Source: Monocercomonoides exilis PA203 (Eukaryota; Protista; Preaxostyla). Taken from it: a stretch of 64,000 nucleotides of DNA. Position 1 is the stretch's first letter; each line of letters begins with the position of its first letter. Location: positions 496,001 to 560,000 of the forward strand of contig LSRY02000010.1 in NCBI GenBank assembly GCA_001643675.2, in the 5' to 3' direction. Of the stretch, positions 13,567 through 26,000 are shown piece by piece. The notes beneath the pieces were generated by a model. It had not been told where the DNA came from. It saw only the letters and a program-made list of their open reading frames with translations, and did no database searches. A program made the translations under genes and the position numbers.

Positions 13567-16500
13567 ATGAATACACCTCCACTTAAACCGAAGCATAGAC
13601 ATCTGACAAGCGCTTCTCAAGGGACTTCTTCATTTTTTACTTTTGGAAAACAAGGTCTTTCTTCAAGTATGCCAATTTATCGAGCTTATTTCCGAGATAT
13701 CTCGAAACATTGCTTTTTCTATTATGACTCAAAATACTTATTTTTTATTTGTTCTTGAAAAAACTCTTTCAAGCCGTCTTTGGAAGTCAAAAACTTTCAC
13801 AAACAGACACTGGAACGCAACATCAAGAACAGTCAACAACAGATAATCAAATTTTAAAAACAGACAGTTGTGTTGAAGAGAAGCACACCAATAAGAGAAC
13901 ATTTATCAACGAGGACACTTCTTTTGGATCATTTGTTCCTTCTTTTTCTCCCTCTCCGAAGATTAACTCGAATGAAAATTCACAAAAAAGAAGAACTTTT
14001 GGGCGATCATCTGCTATAACAGGTTCTTCTACGCTTCATGAAGATAAAAATACCCAGTCATTCTCTTCATCTTCGCAAAAGCCTTCCCAAACGTTTACAC
14101 CATCTCCGACATTTGCCCAACCAACTTTTTCCCAAATAGCATCAAAGAATCTATTCGAACCAAGAAATGATCCGGATGATGATGAGCTTAGCAATATTAG
14201 TATCGATTTTCCTGATGATGATGAAGCAAATGACGAAGCTAATCAAGAACTTCTTGGGTTTTCAATTCCAAAGAAAAACGAAAAAAAGAAATCTTCACTT
14301 TTCGATTCTGTTTATTCACAGAAGGACCCAGGCAATTCACAAGGAACTTTGCTAAAAGAAAAGAAAATTGAATCACAAAGAGATTCAAGAGATGACACAT
14401 TTTCTTCCAAGGGAACATTCACTAACAGAAGCAATCTTTCTGTATCGGAGGAAGAATCCAATGCTAATCATTCTTTAGCTTCTTCAAACCTGACCGTTCT
14501 TTCTCAAAGTAGTTCGCAAATTAAAAATGAAACGCAAGCACAAACACAACAGCAACAACAAGATTTAAACACAAAAGATATTGAGCCTGATGCAACTGAC
14601 AGAACATTTTCAAGGACTAAATCTCCTGCAACGCATTTACCCGGAACTTCAGATGATTTCGATTCCGTTAATAAACCCACAATGCCAAATCCATCTTTTC
14701 CTTCCGATTCGTCAACATCATCCAATTCAGCACATTCACATTCTTCTCATTCATCTTTTCCCTTTATGCCTTCGCCTTCAACATCTCCATCACAAGCTGA
14801 AAAGCCAGCTGTAATCACGACAAAACCTTCATTTCAAACTACATCAGAGCCTTCTTATCCAACACCGTTCAACATATCTTCAAAACAAAAAAAAGCAATT
14901 TCAAAAGATAGTGACATAACTTCAAAATCATTAATCAGCGACAATATCTCAAAAGAACAGTCAGAGAATCAAAGTGAAACACATGGAAAAGATAAATCAA
15001 AAGAAGCAACTGGAAATAGTCAAAGATCAAAGCTTGGGAATGAAGAAAGAGCAGAAATAACACAAAAGGCAAAGGAAGAGAAAGAAAAGGAAAAAAAAAT
15101 GAACCAAAAAGAAGGAGAGATTTCCGAAATGCAACAAATTGATCAAAATCAAATGATTTTAAAAAATAGGCAGCAAAGCTTAGATCAATCAACACGAGAG
15201 TCAGAAAGCAACAAAAGCCAATCAACAGCAAATGCATTAGATGACAATGACGAAGCGCTGCTATCAAATGTTAAACCAAAAACAACATCGTCTTCATCAA
15301 CTTCTTTTCCACAGAAAACAAACCAGAAACAAAAGGCGAAAGCAAAGAGTATTTCAAGGTCAGTTGTTAACTCTAAATCTCCTCTTTCAAATGTTCAAAC
15401 AAACACTTTGAAATCATCTCCTTTGTCTACATCTTCATCTGCGTCAGAATCGGTCTTAGGATCTGAATTGCTTTCTGCCTCTTCATCTCCCTCAAATTCT
15501 GCTTCTGCCTCTGCCAGTTCTTCATCCTCCGTTTCTGCTTCATCTTTGCAATCTACTCAACAACTTCAAGAGCAAAAACAAGAACAAACAAAAGGAAGAA
15601 GCATTTCAGCTTCTCGAAGAAACAGTCAAACTGCTGTTCCTAAAGCAAAACTATCTTTGACACATAAATCAACAGCTGAGAAAAAAAGCCTTTCTCTGGC
15701 AGCTTCTCCATCGACAGCATCAGAGATTCAAGCTTCAAGTTCGAATCAAACAATTCGATCAAAATCTGTGAGAAGCACAAATGCTGTGAAACGGCAACAA
15801 AACAATAGCACAATCAAACAACCTACAAATCCAAAAAAATCAGAGACAGTCACATCAACAGAAAGAAGAGGCGATAAAGAAAATTCAGACAGTCCAAACA
15901 AAACCAGCGAGAAGCTAAATGACAATAGTAAAGAACAACAGCCAGAAAAAGAAGCAAGAAAAAAATTAGATGTACAAAGAACACCCTACAAACAAAGTGA
16001 ATCAAAAACTTCATTTCACCATCATCATCACCATCAACGTAGCCGCCACCATCACCATCATAGCATTTCACCTTCTTCTTCTTCTTCTTCTTCTTCTTCT
16101 TCTTTTTCTCCAACTGTGAATCACAGAAACAGTTTCGGCACTTCAAACAAACATTTGCGTTCCACTTCACCTGATTCACAGCACTCCTTTTCAACCGCAA
16201 GAACCGCATCATCAAGCTCATTTCAGTTGCATACACCCACATCATCTCGCTCGCGTACACCTCCTTCTCCGCTTTCATCACGATCATCTCCTGAAGCAAT
16301 TCATTCTCGTTCTCGATGCAAAAATTGTGCTCGATTGAAAAAGGAGAACGAGGTTCTTCTTCGATATAACCGCCGATTGAAAGAGGAACTGAAGAAGATG
16401 AAAGAAGAGAACAAGACTCTGAAACAAGAGGCGTTGAAGGAGCAAACATCGGCAACTGATGCGAGTGCAGCACTTCAACCAGTCCACAACTCGATTCAAG

Positions 16501-19364
16501 AGCTGCACCAGCAAATGGAAGTGATCAAAGAGGAAAACGAGAAGCTTAGAAGAGCAGCACAAGAAAAGGAAACACTGAAGAAGATGAGACGTGAGAGGGA
16601 GAAAGAAGAAGAAGAGAGGAGAGAACAGAGGAAAAGAGAGGAATTACAAGAGAAAGAGAATCAGCTGAAGAAAGAAAGAGAACGCGAAGAGGAAAACAGA
16701 CAAAGAATTGCAGCAGAACTGCGATTGCTGCGAATGGGAGATGCAGAAATCAGTAAAGAATTGCAACAAAGAGCAGGAGAAAAGGAAAAAGACAAAGAAA
16801 AGACCAAAAATCGCAGTCGTAGCGAAGGATTTATGTTTGATTCGAATGAATCTGATTCAGACAGCAGTGTTCACAAAAGCAAAACAGCATTAAAGAAGGC
16901 AACAAGAGAAAAAGAGAGAATTGAGAAAGAGAAAAATGAACTCGAAAAGGAAAACGAGGAATTAAAAGAGAAATTAGAAAAACAACAGAAAGACATAAAG
17001 GAGAAGGAGAATTTAGTTTTAAAGGAGCAGAGGCTTATTAACGACGAGAGAGAAAGGCTAAAGAAAATGGAAGAAGATGCAATAAAACAGAGGAAAGAAG
17101 CACAAGAACAGATTGAGCGCTATATTTCTCTTTCAAAGCAGCAAAACACGTCTTTAACATTTGGTTTGTCATCATGTTTTTTAATAGGATATTTATTTTC
17201 AAATTTCCCCCCCCCCCCCCCCCCCCATATTGATCAAACAATCTACAATTTTTTCATTACATGTTCCGTTTTCATTGAATTTATTATAATTTTTTTAGAT
17301 TCTGTGTCTTCTCTTCTTGAAACCCGCCACCAATCTCTACTCGATCAGATTACACGTTATGAGGAAGAAAAGGAAGAATGGGAAGCTTCCGTCCGCCAGA
17401 AAGAAGACTCTCTAAAGGAACAATTTGATTCACTTGCACTTCTCGGAGAAGCAGTTGCTGTGAAATCAAGAGAAATGAAGACAAAAGAAGAAGAAATTAA
17501 AAAAAGGATGGAGAAGATCGAGGAAAGAGAGAGAGAATTGAAGGAGAAGGAAGAAGAATTGGCAAAGATGAAAGAAGGATTGGAAGCTAAAACAAGAGAA
17601 GCACTTCCACGAATGGCGAAAGCAGAACAGAAGGAGCGACAACTTGCACAGAGAGAGTTGGAAATGAACTTGGAAAGAACTTCGCTGTTGGAATTGAAGC
17701 AGTCACTTGAAAAGGAAAAAGAACGAGAAAAAAAGAAAGAAGAAGAACGCTTGCGACAAACTGTTTCGAGATTGAGAAAAGAAAAGAGTCTGCTGTTGAG
17801 CATCACAAAGGAAGGAGCATCAAAAGAGCTTAGCATCGACGATGATTTCAGCCGAATAAGCAGAAGGAATAGCATTGGAGGAGATGATGATATGGAACAA
17901 CTGGGAGAAAGAAAGAGGAGAGGGAGAAGAAAAGAAAACGAAAAGAGTAAAGGAAGATATTCAAGATATAGACAGGATAAAGATGATGATAATTATGAAG
18001 ATAATTCCAGTTCTGAAGAAGATTCTTTGGAGGCATTACTTTTAACAGATGATGCGAGCGATGGCGAATTTAGTTCAATTCAACAAAACAGCAAACTCAG
18101 CCAAAAACAGAAAAAAATCCAAAAACATAACAAAAGAAGCAGATCTGCCTCGTCCGTTGCGTTTGATCGCAGCAGATCGCTGCTCTCCAAATCGGAGAAG
18201 CTTCCATCGCAATTTCTTCCAAATCAATCGATGTCCATTTTGCAGTCATCGCAGATCGCTGCGCCTTCTTCTTCTTTCATGCGAGGACGTCAGTCATCGA
18301 TGGATTCATCATTTTCGCAATTGCTGAATCAAATAGATTCAGTCAAACAAAACTTCCAGCGTTCTTTTGCAGCTATCAACAGAAACACTGCAAATCAATC
18401 TTCATTTCCATTAAATCCATCATCTTCATTCTTACAACAAGATCCAGCCCAAATGATACCAAATCCGCTTTCTTCTTCATTAATCGCATCCTCTCAAACA
18501 CCACAACCGCTTTTTACGCAATCACTTTTCCATCCTTCTGCCTCAACTGCAGCTTCACTTGCTTCTGCTCCTCTTGCAACATCATCAATTCTTTTATCAT
18601 CATCGCCAACTTTTCTTCCACAACCGATGACTTCTTCACAGTTAATGGCTTCTGCACCTGCTTCAAGCAGCACTTTGACAACATCTCAATTGCCTAAACC
18701 TTCTCCTTCAATGCTCCCATCGACTTCTCTTCTGAATGCACAAATACCTATGCCGTCTCCATATTTTGATATGATTCAGTATCAGCTTCCTACACCACAA
18801 CAGCAAAATCTTCAGCAATCTTTATTGAATTCAAATCAACGCCTCTCTCCTTCGCAGAACAAAAACAGAAAGAAGAAGCCTGTTGTTCCGCCTCTGCGCT
18901 TGTCAGAGGAACATCCTTATTTCTCTCCAGTTCATTCAACATTCACTTCATCCACGCCACTGCACCATTCTTTGGCTCATTCACACTCCACAGCTCATTC
19001 GTCAACATTACCCCGCAGTTCAATAACAGAAGACAGTGGCCAACTCAAAAACAGCATGCAAATTGGAGAAGGAAGCGAAAATGTGGAAGACGAAGGGGAA
19101 TACATTGATGAAGGAGAGGAAGAAGAGTATGAAGAGGATGAGGATGAAGAGGATGAGGAAGATGGAAAAGATAAAAGTCAATGGAAGAATAGAGAAGATA
19201 ATGGTTTGAACAATGAATCAAACAACAGTAATGATTGGGCACAAGGAGATGACAATCCTTCTGAAAGAGCGATGTCTGATGGCATACAGCAAATGAAGCG
19301 TTTCAGGCCTTCTGAGCTTTCGTCTCTTTCAGAGCAGGATGTGATGGCTCATTCCCTTGACTGA
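13567..19364 (+). CDS. Large Ser-rich, low-complexity coiled-coil protein (hypothetical)
   Basis: Likely ATG at 13567. Phase-1 intron 13667-13773 (alternative donor 13655). A stop-free 135-bp intron at 17164-17298 explains the odd hydrophobic/poly-Pro stretch in the ORF track. Contains His tracts, CKNC followed by a long coiled coil, and an acidic C-terminus. Confidence 0.75.
17207..17226. repeat. C20 homopolymer inside an intron
   Basis: 20 consecutive C within the predicted intron 17164-17298. Confidence 0.9.
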
Positions 19365-20023
19365 ATTTAATTACTGTTTATGAATTTTTCTTTTATTTGA
19401 CACAAATTTGTTGTGAACATTTTATTTTATCCATTTCAATTGAAAAATAAGGTGAAAATTGAAGTTGAAAATCATTTTTGTCATCAACGTTTTAAGATTT
19501 TGAAACAATTTCTTTTATTTTTTTGGAACTCTTCAAGAAAATGTTTATAATGCATAACTTCAAATATAAAACGTCGCCATTTTCATCATCGCACACAAAC
19601 AAATAAACCTTTTCATGAGTTTATAATCTAACTGATGAAGCAACTGAAAAACCAAAATTATTCATTAATTTTATTTTTTTTTATATTCCAATCAATAAAA
19701 GAAAAGGAAATTTTTTATAAATCCATAAAAGTCTTTACTCTTTAATTCTTTGAAAAAAAAAGACATAAATAAAGTTTCAAAAGGCATTATCAAATTTACG
19801 CCAGAACAAAAAATAATTTATGCTCCATAGTGATGGCTAATCATTGAAATATTATCAAAAGGCAAAAACAATTAACACAAGAAGTACTTTCAAAGAAGCG
19901 AAATAAAAACGCTTCGAACATAAATATTAATCCAAAAAACAAAATTATTTTTCTATCTAAAATTCAACAAGAGGATTAAAAATTAAATCTCAAAAAAGAT
20001 AACAACCATGGCTATAAAAGCAC

Positions 20024-23000
20024 TCAATATGCAGTCATCGATAAGTGATTTATTGGTGCATGCAGCGAAGTCAACAGAGGCGGCTGTTCAGCAATGCGAT
20101 TTCTCTTGACTTTCCGTTGTGTGTGGCCTGTTGAATACGCAGATGGCTGAACAGATAGCAGTGATGATGCCAATGTTGTCTTTGCTGATGCTCTGCGCGT
20201 TGAAGCGATTGCTTCAATTGGCTCTTGCTTTTGTTGATGTTTGATCTTTCGCTTTTTATGCTTTGGCGATGTTTCTGCATCGGTCATCTCTTCGTTTTGA
20301 TGTGATTTTTGTTTCTGTGCTTTTTGTTGATATCGAATAAACATCTCTTCTTCCTCTTTTTGTAACACAGAAAGATTATTTGTAATGTCATTCTGAAACT
20401 TTTCTCTTTTCTTTCTATCATGATTGCTCGAAGTAAGAGGACGATTTGAGTCCATCGACTGATGAACTTGCGAAAGATTTAAAGGCTTTACACTTGGAAG
20501 AGTTGTTGACGTGGAAGGAGAAACATTAGAAAAAGAAGAAGAATAACGATTAGTTTGTGACTGCGGAATACGAGAAGCATAAGAAGGTTGTGAAGAAAAT
20601 GGAGTAGATTGAGGAAGATTAAACTGATCAGAAGAAGCAAATGTTGAATAAAATGGCTCAACTGAAGATGAACGAGAAAGATCTGCTGGAGGGAGATAAC
20701 GAGAGCGTTCTTTCTCATTCTCACCTGGGAATTCCTGATTCCTTGAAATGTTCGTCGAACTTCCTTTCCTTTTAACCAAATCAGCATCGTCGTCTTCCAT
20801 CTCACGGGTTTCCTCCGCCAGCTTCCGCATCTTCTCAACCTGCTTCTCAAACGTCTGATCTTCTTTCTCCAGCATTACCACCTCATCTCGTGCATTGCTT
20901 GTGACATGCCCGCTGTTCCACTCATTCATCGTGAGCCACTCCGCCAGCATCACCCGCACCTCGTCTGTCTGCTCCTGGATGCGCTCAACAAGCCCTTGCA
21001 AATCAGAGTAAACCATGCCAACCTCCACACACGAATAGAAATAGTCCAACAGAACCCGGCGGACTGATAGATAATGGCAGAGAGAAATGCGGAATTTTTG
21101 CTGAGGGCTGAGGTGATGCAAGAGAGAAGACAATTTGAGATGTGTGGCAAGTGTCAGCGGTAAGTTGCGTGAGCCACGAATGTCTACAGAAGAAGAAGCA
21201 GATGATGAAGATGCCTTCCCTGATGCCATTGCACTTGCACTGTTTCCACTCGGAAAATCAGGTGGCGCCATATTCACAGCCACGTTCAGAACTCCGTCGT
21301 GCTGGTTTTGTTCAGCCACAATCCAGTCGAGCTGCCTCAGCATCACTCCGTCTGGAAATTGGAGTGTGCACCACAGCGCCTTCAGCTTCCGAACTGATTT
21401 GTTGATTTCTGAAGACAGCAGAGAAAATGAAGTGGAGCCAGGAAGAATGAGAATGTCAGACAGTTCGAGAAGAAGAGAACGAATAACATATTGTGAGTGG
21501 TCAGATTCCGAGGCAAGACTTGTATTGGTCATCTCCATTTCTCTCTTCTCTTTTGATTCTGCCAATTCAGCTTTCGTCTTATTCTTTTTGCCTTTCCCAC
21601 TAACTTCTTCACTAATCTTTAGATTCCAATGAAAAACTCCAGTTTCAAGTGCTTTTTTCCTCCAAGACACAATCATCTTTCCTGTTTCACCACCCAATGC
21701 AGCAAGCGCTTCTGCAAGTGATTTGAATGACAAGACAGACAACTCAGCTTCGCTTCGAATGCACATCGAAGGATAAGTGGAGGCAGGCACCGCAGGCACA
21801 CGAGATTCCAAAGGATAAGTCTGAACAAATGAAGAAGAAGAAGAGGAAGAAGAAGAGGAAGAAGAAGATGATGATGATGAAGTTGATGAAGCAGTATTTG
21901 ATAGCATCTGTGTGACAGAAGAAGAAGACAAAGTGGATGCAGCAAATGTTTGAGATAAGTTTGCTGCAGTTGTTTGAGAGACAGATGGAATTACAAATGA
22001 TTTCGCAGTTGATGAAGGAGTGTAAAGAGAATCAGAAGCATTTGGCTGAGCCTCAGAAGTGACATTGTGAATTGAAGGAAGAAGCTTCGAAGAAGAAGAA
22101 GAAGAAGTAGAAGAAACGACAGGAGAAGAGAGAATTGATGTTGGTTTCATTTGGATTGCAGGCGATAAAGAAGGAGACGGCAAAGCACCTAACTGGTATT
22201 TTGCAGGTCTTGGCCTTCCAGACATTGTTGGAGAAGAAGAAGGAGTGGGGACTGGAGAGTGCAGATGAGATGGTTGAGGGCGCTGCATCGGAGAAGAAGA
22301 AGAAGAAGAATATGATGAGGACGATGCAGTAGATGAAGATGAAATAATAGGAGCAGAAAGCAGTTGGTGCTGTGAAATGTGCTGAGTGTTGCGGGGCGTA
22401 ACGAGCAGCCTTTCGTTCCGCCTTGATTTGGACTCATCACTCGAAATTTCTCCGTCTTCGTCAAAGAATAGATCTCTTTCTTCGCTTTCTTTGTCTCTTT
22501 TCCCACTCTTTTTGGGGCTCTGCTTCTTCTTCTTCTTGGTCTTTGTCTTATCTTTCTTCTGATGCACTTTCTTGTCATTTTCCTTTTCATCAACTGCTTT
22601 TGATGGAACAGGGCGTGACTTCAGAGAATGAAATGAAGCAACAGACTGAGGAGAAAGTGGAGGATGACGTGGAGAATTGTAAGCTTTGATCGAGTTGTGT
22701 GGAGAAGATGATACTTTTGTGGCAGACAGAGAAGGAGAACGGTGCGATGCAGGCGAAGTGAGCTTTGAAGATCGGGTTGACTGCCGAGAAGCAGAATAAG
22801 ATGCTTCTGGTGACTTGTCTGCTCGCTTCTTGCTCTTTTTCCTTTTTGAAGACTTTGATTCAGAGCGTTTCGAGTTCCTGTGTGATGAAGTGGATGGAGA
22901 TGAGTTGTTTGTGGAAGCAGTCGAAGTCGCAACAGAAACAGCTGGCGAACCAGAAAACGCGTCTTTTTGAGTTTGGCTTGTGGAAAGCGAAAGTGGAGAA

Positions 23001-26000
23001 GGAGACTTGCGATTTGGAGTGGGTCGTGACTTGCCCAACTGTTTGAACAGGCTGATTGTGGGGATCGTTGTTTCCTCATCACTCTCACTCAGAACGAGAT
23101 ACTGAGGAGAATTGTTATCTCCTCCATCGCCCTCTTTCTTCTTTCTTTTCGCTTTGGTTACTCCTTTTTTGCTTCGTTTCTGGTTTAATTGGCCTTCTTC
23201 TCCATCAACATCTGCCTTCCCCTCGTTTCTATAAGATGACTGTGAATGCTTTGGATGTGGCGAAATCGACATAGCACTTGAATAATCCTCTTCTCCTGTC
23301 ATTTGCCTCAGCATGTTCTGTTCTTGCTGTGCAGTCAGAAGAGACTGCTTCACCGTCTGCCTCAAAGTATCCATCAATCCTGCATCAACAGCACATTCAT
23401 CTTCATCTTCATCTTCTCCATCCAAATTGAACACATCACTGTCATTTCTGTCCCTTCCAGTCCCATCTCGTCCTTCTTCAATCATCTGCATGCTCCCATC
23501 TGCCAGCACAATCGCTATCATCTTCCTCTTCTTCCTCTTCCTCTGCTTCGCCTTTTCCATTAGCCTCGTCTCATACATTCTCTTCTCTTCTGCCTCCTCT
23601 GCCCTTCTTGCCTCTTCTCCTTCTCTGCTCTCCTTCAGCCACATCCTCCCGATCTCATCAAGCATCGCTATCGGCACAGTCATCATATCTCTTTTAATCT
23701 TCTGTGAGTTCCTCATACTCTCTTCCCTCACCCTCTTCTCCTCCTCTTCATTCATCCGCCAGCGCTGCTGCGATTCTTCACTCGCCATCAAGTGTCTTTC
23801 TGTCTCCTCTTCCATCTCTCTCAGCTTCACTGCCATCGCTGCCTCTTCCCTCATCAGCTTCTCCTTCCTCTCTTGTTCTCTCTGTTTCTTCCTCTCGATT
23901 TTGTCTCGCTTCAGCTTCGCTTTTTCTTCAGCTGCCATCTCCTTCAGTTCACGCTGCCTCTGAATCTCCATATCCTCCAGCATCTTCCTCAGCCTCTCGT
24001 CTTCTTCACTCATCTGCATCTCTTCTCTTTTTCTGCTTTCTTCCTCTTCCTCTCTTCTCCTCCTCCTCTCTTCTTTCATCGCTTCCCTCATTTCTTTCCC
24101 TCTTCGGCGATCAGTTGTTCTGAGCCAGGCTGCTTCAATAATAGACACAGAATTCTTCTTCCTCGACAGTTCGTCTTCCTCATCCATAAATCCTGCTTCA
24201 ATCTCTTCTGCCTCCATCATTTTTCTTTCTCTTTCTTCTTCTTTCTTCTTTCGCAATTTCAACACACGCTTCCATCTTGTCTCAATAACATTAACTGATT
24301 TCTTGTACATTCTTCTCACTTTCTCTTTCTCCCTTTCTTTTTGCACAATCTCCTCTAATCTCATCAGCCGATTCTCTCTCATTCTCTCCTCTTCCCTTCT
24401 TCTTGCCCTTTCTTCTTCTTCCTCTCTTCTTCTTCGCTCTTCTTCTCTTATCTCAAATTCTCTTCTTCTTCTCTCTTCCAACTCATCCATAGAACAATAA
24501 AATTTCATTCTTCTTCCCCAAATTTCACTTATCGTCTCAGCAGCTTTTGCTTCTCTTTCTCTCCTTTCCAGTTCCTCTCTTCTTCTCCTCTCTTCTTCCA
24601 TCCTCTTCCGATACGATGCTTCCTTGTCTATTCTTTTCGCCTTCTCCTCAATCTCAATCAAAAGCAGCTCATTTTGCACCACCTTCCTTTTCAGATGGTT
24701 CTTCCAGGCTGTCTCGATCACTGCAACGCTATCCTTCTCCTTCTTTCTCCTCTCTTCCCTCTCCCTCTCCATCGCTTCTCTGCTTCGTTCCTCTTGTTCT
24801 CTCTGTCTTTGAGCATTCTCTTCTTCTCTCATCGCATTCAGCTCTCTCAATCTGCACTCTTCTTTCTCCTTCTCTTGAAGTGCTATTCTTTGCTGCTCCA
24901 TGTTTTCCCTCTCCTTCTCAATCCTCTCCTTCTCTTTCCTTCTTTCCTCTTCCTCGATTCTCTTCTTCTCTTCCTGCAACTCATTCATCCTCTGTGTCAA
25001 TTCATCGAACATCGCCTGTGCCTTGTTCAGCTTCGCCTTCTCTTCTTTTTCTTCCATTTCGCTCAGCTTCTGCCTCTTCACTCTCTCATATCTCTCAACA
25101 ATCTGCCTCTGCTGGTTCTCCTTCGCCCTCAGCTCCTCCAGCTCGCAGTCAATCAAATTCATATACTCGTTTTCTCCTTCCCCAAACACATCGTGCAAAA
25201 TACCTTCCTCTTCTTCTCTCTCTCCTTCTCCTTCTCCTCCTCCTTCTCCTCCAATCCCTTCTCCTTCTTCATCTGCATTTCCGTCTCTTCCTCTCTCTTT
25301 CATGTTCTCAGCAATCGCATCCTTGTTAATTCTGCTCATGTCCAAAAGAGGCCATCGCGTCCTTTCGCTCTGATAGTTCAGCTGAGAGGGATCTTGACTG
25401 AATCTCCTCATAGGCACAAACGATGTTGTTGAAGAAAAAGAAGAAGAAGAAATAAAAGGATAACTGGCTTTGCGTGTGGCAAACAGCGAATCTGAGGAAG
25501 GTGTAGGCAGACTGATATGTTTTGAGTGTCTGATAACAGGATGTGCTGAATGAACCTGCGTATTCTGTTTGTTCTGTTGGAAAGGCGACGAAACAAGCGC
25601 ATTCATGTTTCTGTCTGGAGACGACGAGAAAGAGGAAGTCGGAGAAAAACGTGGAGAAGGCTCCTGAAGCGATGAAACAGGAGAAAATGCAGGCAACGAA
25701 AGAGGATTGGCACACAACTGCACAATTCTTTCATCGTCAACACCAAATTCAACAATGCTTTCATCACTTTCCTCGTCTTCTTGATTGTTCTGACTAAATT
25801 GGTTGCCTCTTCCATTCAACTGCCATGACGTTGCCTGATTGGTTGAGGAGCGCATGTTCCCTTCCTTCAGCACACTCTTCTGTCGAAACATCTCATCCAA
25901 CATTTGCTTCTCCTTCCTCGTTTTAGTCCCCTCTGAATCTGACTCTCTGATTTCCTCAGCATCACTTTCATTGTTCTGCATTGATCTTTGCTTCATCTTT

